DNA of 64,000 nucleotides from Candidatus Saccharimonadales bacterium (lineage in GTDB: Bacteria; Patescibacteriota; Saccharimonadia; Saccharimonadales; JAYRRP01): the NCBI GenBank assembly GCA_041910055.1, contig JAYRRP010000003.1:45973-109972 (forward strand), given 5' to 3'. The stretch's first letter is position 1. Each line of letters starts with the position of its first letter. A program made the position numbers and the translations under genes. Under the pieces are notes generated by a model. The model was not told the origin of the DNA. It did no database searches and was given only the letters and a program-made list of their open reading frames with translations. Below are positions 60,857-64,000 of this stretch, piece after piece.

Positions 60857-62634
60857 TCCTGCTTGAGTAATACTGTAAAAGCCTCGGCGGGAATATCAAC
60901 TTTACCAAAGCGTTTCAGGCGTGTTTTGCCCTTTTTTTGCTTGGCTAATACTTTTTTCTTTCTCGTGACATCACCACCATACAATCCAGTGGTAACATCC
61001 TTACGGTAAGCACTGAGGTCTTCACGGGCAATAAACTTACCCCCAATCGCGGCCTGCAAACTCACTTTAAATTGCTGGCGTGGAATAACTTCCTTGAGTT
61101 TCTCTACCGTACGTCGGCCAATAGCCTGAGCTTCACTCCTATGCACTATTACACTCAAAGCATCCACACGCTCACCAGCTACGTAGAAATCAACTTTCAC
61201 TAAATCTTCAGGCCGATAATCAGCCAGCTCATAGTTAAATGACCCGTAACCACTGGTTAGACTTTTCAGTTGGTCGTAAAAATCTGTCAGTAGGTTCGCT
61301 AGCGGCGCTTCAAAGTCAATGACCGCCAACCGTGTATCTACATAGGAAAGGTTCTTTTGGATACCTCGTTTTGCCACTATTAGCTGCAGTACTGCACCAA
61401 CATAATCCTTGGGCACTACAATTTCTCCCTTAATCCATGGCTCCTGAATTTCTTTTATATTAGCAGCGTCCGGTAAAGCAGCAGCTGATTTAATCTCAGC
61501 CCGCACGTCATTGATCATCAATAAATGATAGTCGGTAGAAGGATTTGTGATGATTAAACTTAGGTCATATTCCCTTTCTAGGCGTTCCTTAATAATGTCC
61601 ATGTGCAGTAGCCCCAAAAATCCAATCCGCACGCCAAAACCCAGGACAGGGGAATTTTCTGGTTCAAACTGCAGTGCCGAATCACTCAAAGATAGCTTGT
61701 CAATTGCGTCTTTAAGCTCCTGATAATTTTCATTGCTTTCCGGGAAAAAGCCAGCGTAGACAAACGGCTTTACCTCTTTGTAGCCGGGCAGTGGTGCATG
61801 TGCGGCATTGATAGTTAAGGTAACTGTATCACCCACCTTTGCTTCCCTAGTGCTTTTGAGATTAGTGACGATATAGCCAATTTCTCCTGTGTCAATTGCA
61901 ATTGTTGGCGACATATCCGGCGTAAGTGCGCCAACTTCCAGGGCCAGACCATGCGCCCCCGTCGCCATCATAGTTAATTGGTCATTCTTGCTGATTCGAC
62001 CGTCAACCAAACGAACGTACAAAATAACACCCCGATAATCATCGTAATAACTATCAAAAATGAGCGCTCTGGTGGGGCCATCATCTTTTCCGGCTGGCGT
62101 AGGAATTTCATTCACAATAGCCTCAAGCACTGTTTCCACTCCTTCACCAGTCTTGGCAGAAATCAGCAAAATATCTTCCTTGTTACATCCCAGCAAACTT
62201 ATTACTTCGGAACTGACGCGTTCAACGTCAGCCGCCGGTAAATCAATTTTATTGAGTACAGGAATAATCTTCAGATCTGCAGCCAAAGCCAGGTATACAT
62301 TGGCCAACGTTTGGGCTTGAATACCCTGGGAAGCGTCCACTACCAGCAATGCTCCTTCGCAAGCTTCCAGGCTCCGCGATACTTCATAACTAAAATCAAC
62401 ATGTCCAGGCGTATCAATTAAATTAAGCTCGTGACCTTTGTATTGCATGCGAACTGGTTGAAGCTTGATAGTAATGCCTTTCTCGCGTTCCAAATCCATT
62501 CGATCTAATAACTGGTTTTTCATTAGCCGTTTTTCAACTGTACCAGTTAATTCCAGCAGCCGGTCAGCGAGTGTAGACTTACCATGATCAATGTGCGCGA
62601 TGATACAGAAATTACGTATAGGCATGGGTTTCAT
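60853..62634 (-). CDS. lepA: Elongation factor 4 (LepA)
   Basis: IIAHIDHGKST, DTPGHVDF and NKIDL G-motifs, plus the LepA C-terminal domain. Confidence 0.97.
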   Translation of the reverse strand: MKPMPIRNFCIIAHIDHGKSTLADRLLELTGTVEKRLMKNQLLDRMDLEREKGITIKLQPVRMQYKGHELNLIDTPGHVDFSYEVSRSLEACEGALLVVDASQGIQAQTLANVYLALAADLKIIPVLNKIDLPAADVERVSSEVISLLGCNKEDILLISAKTGEGVETVLEAIVNEIPTPAGKDDGPTRALIFDSYYDDYRGVILYVRLVDGRISKNDQLTMMATGAHGLALEVGALTPDMSPTIAIDTGEIGYIVTNLKSTREAKVGDTVTLTINAAHAPLPGYKEVKPFVYAGFFPESNENYQELKDAIDKLSLSDSALQFEPENSPVLGFGVRIGFLGLLHMDIIKERLEREYDLSLIITNPSTDYHLLMINDVRAEIKSAAALPDAANIKEIQEPWIKGEIVVPKDYVGAVLQLIVAKRGIQKNLSYVDTRLAVIDFEAPLANLLTDFYDQLKSLTSGYGSFNYELADYRPEDLVKVDFYVAGERVDALSVIVHRSEAQAIGRRTVEKLKEVIPRQQFKVSLQAAIGGKFIAREDLSAYRKDVTTGLYGGDVTRKKKVLAKQKKGKTRLKRFGKVDIPAEAFTVLLKQD

Positions 62635-62646
62635 AGGTCACTCCAT

Positions 62647-63963
62647 TTAAAAGGGAACACGCACAGGTTTAAGGATAATGCGTTTGATACGTGATAAAAC
62701 TGGCCTCACTTCTTCTAGTCCGAAAATAGAAGATAGGCTCAAATATACGGAGAATGTAACACCAGTAATTATTCCCAATTTTGCACCCAGCGTTACGATT
62801 CCTCTATCTCCGACAGACAACGGCAAGATCGATACCATAATAAATCCTGCGACTACTGCGAACCCTGTAACTGAGAGAATCTTCCCGCAACCACTCCAAA
62901 AGGTTTTATCAAGTAGTTTATGGTCCTTAATAATCATAATTGTAAGTAAAATTACTACCTCACTCATTGCGACAATCGATTGGGCCATAGCCAGGCCCGT
63001 CACGCCATAAGCAGTTGGTCTCGAGAGCGTGTAAGCCAGAAAAAGGTTTAAACCAATTGCAAACAGCGAGACAAATAAGGGGGTACGAGTATCCTTTTGG
63101 GCATAAAACCATCTCGATACCATCGTATAAAATGTACGAAATATTATTGCTACTACCAAATAGCCAAATATAATGGCGATCTCTGGCGCATCACGCGAAA
63201 AGATGAGACGGGCAAGATAACCCCGAGCAAAGTAACTAACCACCGCAACTGGGGCAGTAATCCATATCATTGCCCTAAAAATACGCAAAAATTCGCGGCG
63301 GAAGAGATCAGGCCGTCCTTGCGATAAACGTTTTGTAAGACGAGGGAAGGCTGCAGTGGAAATAGCCGTACCAATTAGAAGTGTTGGAGCTGTGTGAAGT
63401 GTGTATGCATTTTCATAATAGCTCAAATACCCTTCGCCTAAGCGGCGCGCAAGATTCGTCTCGACGATACTGTTTAACGAATCAATGCCCTGGTCAAGCG
63501 AACGTGGGGGCAATTGACGCAAGATAAGCTTGAAATCTTTGTTTTTCCATCGAATACGAGGCCAATACCGAAAGCCCGATCCAAAAAGGCCTAATCCTGC
63601 TATGCCAAGCTGAAGTACAGCTCCAATTAATGCGCCAACTCCAATCCCAATAATTCCAAGATTATTCTTAAATACAAAAATACTGATAATGATAGATAGG
63701 TTATAAAACAGGGGGGCAATTGCATAGAAAAAGAACCGGCCGAACGTTTGTTGCACACTGGTTATCACGCCAGATATTGTAAATAGCAAAGGATTAAGGG
63801 CAATAAAACGCATGATGGTTGTGGCGTTGTGGAGCTGTTCGGGTGTTAAATTTGGTGCAACTATGTAGTGAAGTAGCGGCTCAGCAAAAACAAATATTAT
63901 TACCGACACAATAGCCATGATGATAGCCAGTAAATTCATGAGGCTATCAGATAGTTCCCACAC
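62647..63963 (-). CDS. murJ: Lipid II flippase MurJ (5' end probably beyond the window)
   Basis: Polytopic MOP-family pattern (TAISTAAFPRLTKRL...). Its 438 aa is shorter than typical MurJ, and the reading frame stays open to the window edge. Confidence 0.85.
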   Translation of the reverse strand: MWELSDSLMNLLAIIMAIVSVIIFVFAEPLLHYIVAPNLTPEQLHNATTIMRFIALNPLLFTISGVITSVQQTFGRFFFYAIAPLFYNLSIIISIFVFKNNLGIIGIGVGALIGAVLQLGIAGLGLFGSGFRYWPRIRWKNKDFKLILRQLPPRSLDQGIDSLNSIVETNLARRLGEGYLSYYENAYTLHTAPTLLIGTAISTAAFPRLTKRLSQGRPDLFRREFLRIFRAMIWITAPVAVVSYFARGYLARLIFSRDAPEIAIIFGYLVVAIIFRTFYTMVSRWFYAQKDTRTPLFVSLFAIGLNLFLAYTLSRPTAYGVTGLAMAQSIVAMSEVVILLTIMIIKDHKLLDKTFWSGCGKILSVTGFAVVAGFIMVSILPLSVGDRGIVTLGAKLGIITGVTFSVYLSLSSIFGLEEVRPVLSRIKRIILKPVRVPF

Positions 63964-64000
63964 ACCCTTGCGATCACCGCGTTCTAAGTGATCCGCAAGT

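Noticed and set aside
1-64000. Alternative genetic code (UGA recoding, as in some CPR lineages).
   Set aside because: TGA terminates well-delimited genes in repeated ATGA stop/start overlaps (2650, 17006, 33053, 33811, 36806, 37411, 38076). Conserved proteins are full-length under code 11.
1-64000. CRISPR arrays, rRNA genes, reverse transcriptase / DGR or retron components.
   Set aside because: I found no regularly spaced direct repeats of 25-40 bp, no rRNA-like sequence, and no RT motifs (YxDD) in any ORF.

Overview
All calls below come from reading the sequence and from motif recall; no database search was run. This is a gene-dense bacterial chromosome segment that uses standard code 11, since TGA acts as a stop in many ATGA stop/start overlaps. 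The gene content points to a reduced-genome, Gram-positive-like lineage, most plausibly Patescibacteria/CPR and probably Saccharibacteria (inference). The supporting content is a sortase with an LPXTG substrate, a secretin-less type IV pilus locus, a ComEC lacking the beta-lactamase domain, truncated TsaB and HrcA, and PRC-barrel and lamin-tail-domain proteins.

Core content:
- Envelope genes: murA, a processive GT2 synthase translationally coupled to a sortase, and murJ (5' end off the window).
- Five tRNAs: Gly-UCC, Arg-UCU, His-GUG, Pro-UGG and Lys-UUU.
- A P1B-type ATPase and a membrane-anchored double-ring Clp/Hsp100 ATPase.
- rny-ymdB, tsaB-tsaE, recA-recX-nudix, ruvABC, yebC, comEC and lepA.
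- A 10-kb type IV pilus operon: pilin-like gene, pilB, pilC, major pilin, three minor pilins (one a 631-aa putative tip protein with a LamG-like C-terminus), pilMNO.
- rimK with a retropepsin-like partner, and a GGDEF cyclase.
- An hrcA-grpE-orf119-dnaK-dnaJ operon preceded by two tandem CIRCE operators.

The clear accessory region is a ~7.4-kb integrated element (12497-19918). It sits in the 3' end of tRNA-Pro and is bounded by a perfect 18-bp direct repeat. It carries:
- a LexA/CI-like S24 repressor with a near-consensus promoter;
- a convergent Dcm/HNH restriction-modification pair;
- a stand-alone RarA/MgsA C-terminal-domain protein translationally coupled to a tyrosine recombinase;
- a 325-bp non-coding region packed with 11-bp-phased repeats;
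- a large serine recombinase whose ORF ends inside the att/tRNA sequence.

This element, and especially the MgsA_C-recombinase-repeat module, is my best candidate for an undescribed system.

Other notable observations:
- A recurrent extended -10 (TGnTAnnnT)-N6/7-start codon architecture implies widespread leaderless mRNAs.
- Three tRNA promoters share a discriminator motif.
- A 59-aa LPXTG micro-protein has no signal peptide.
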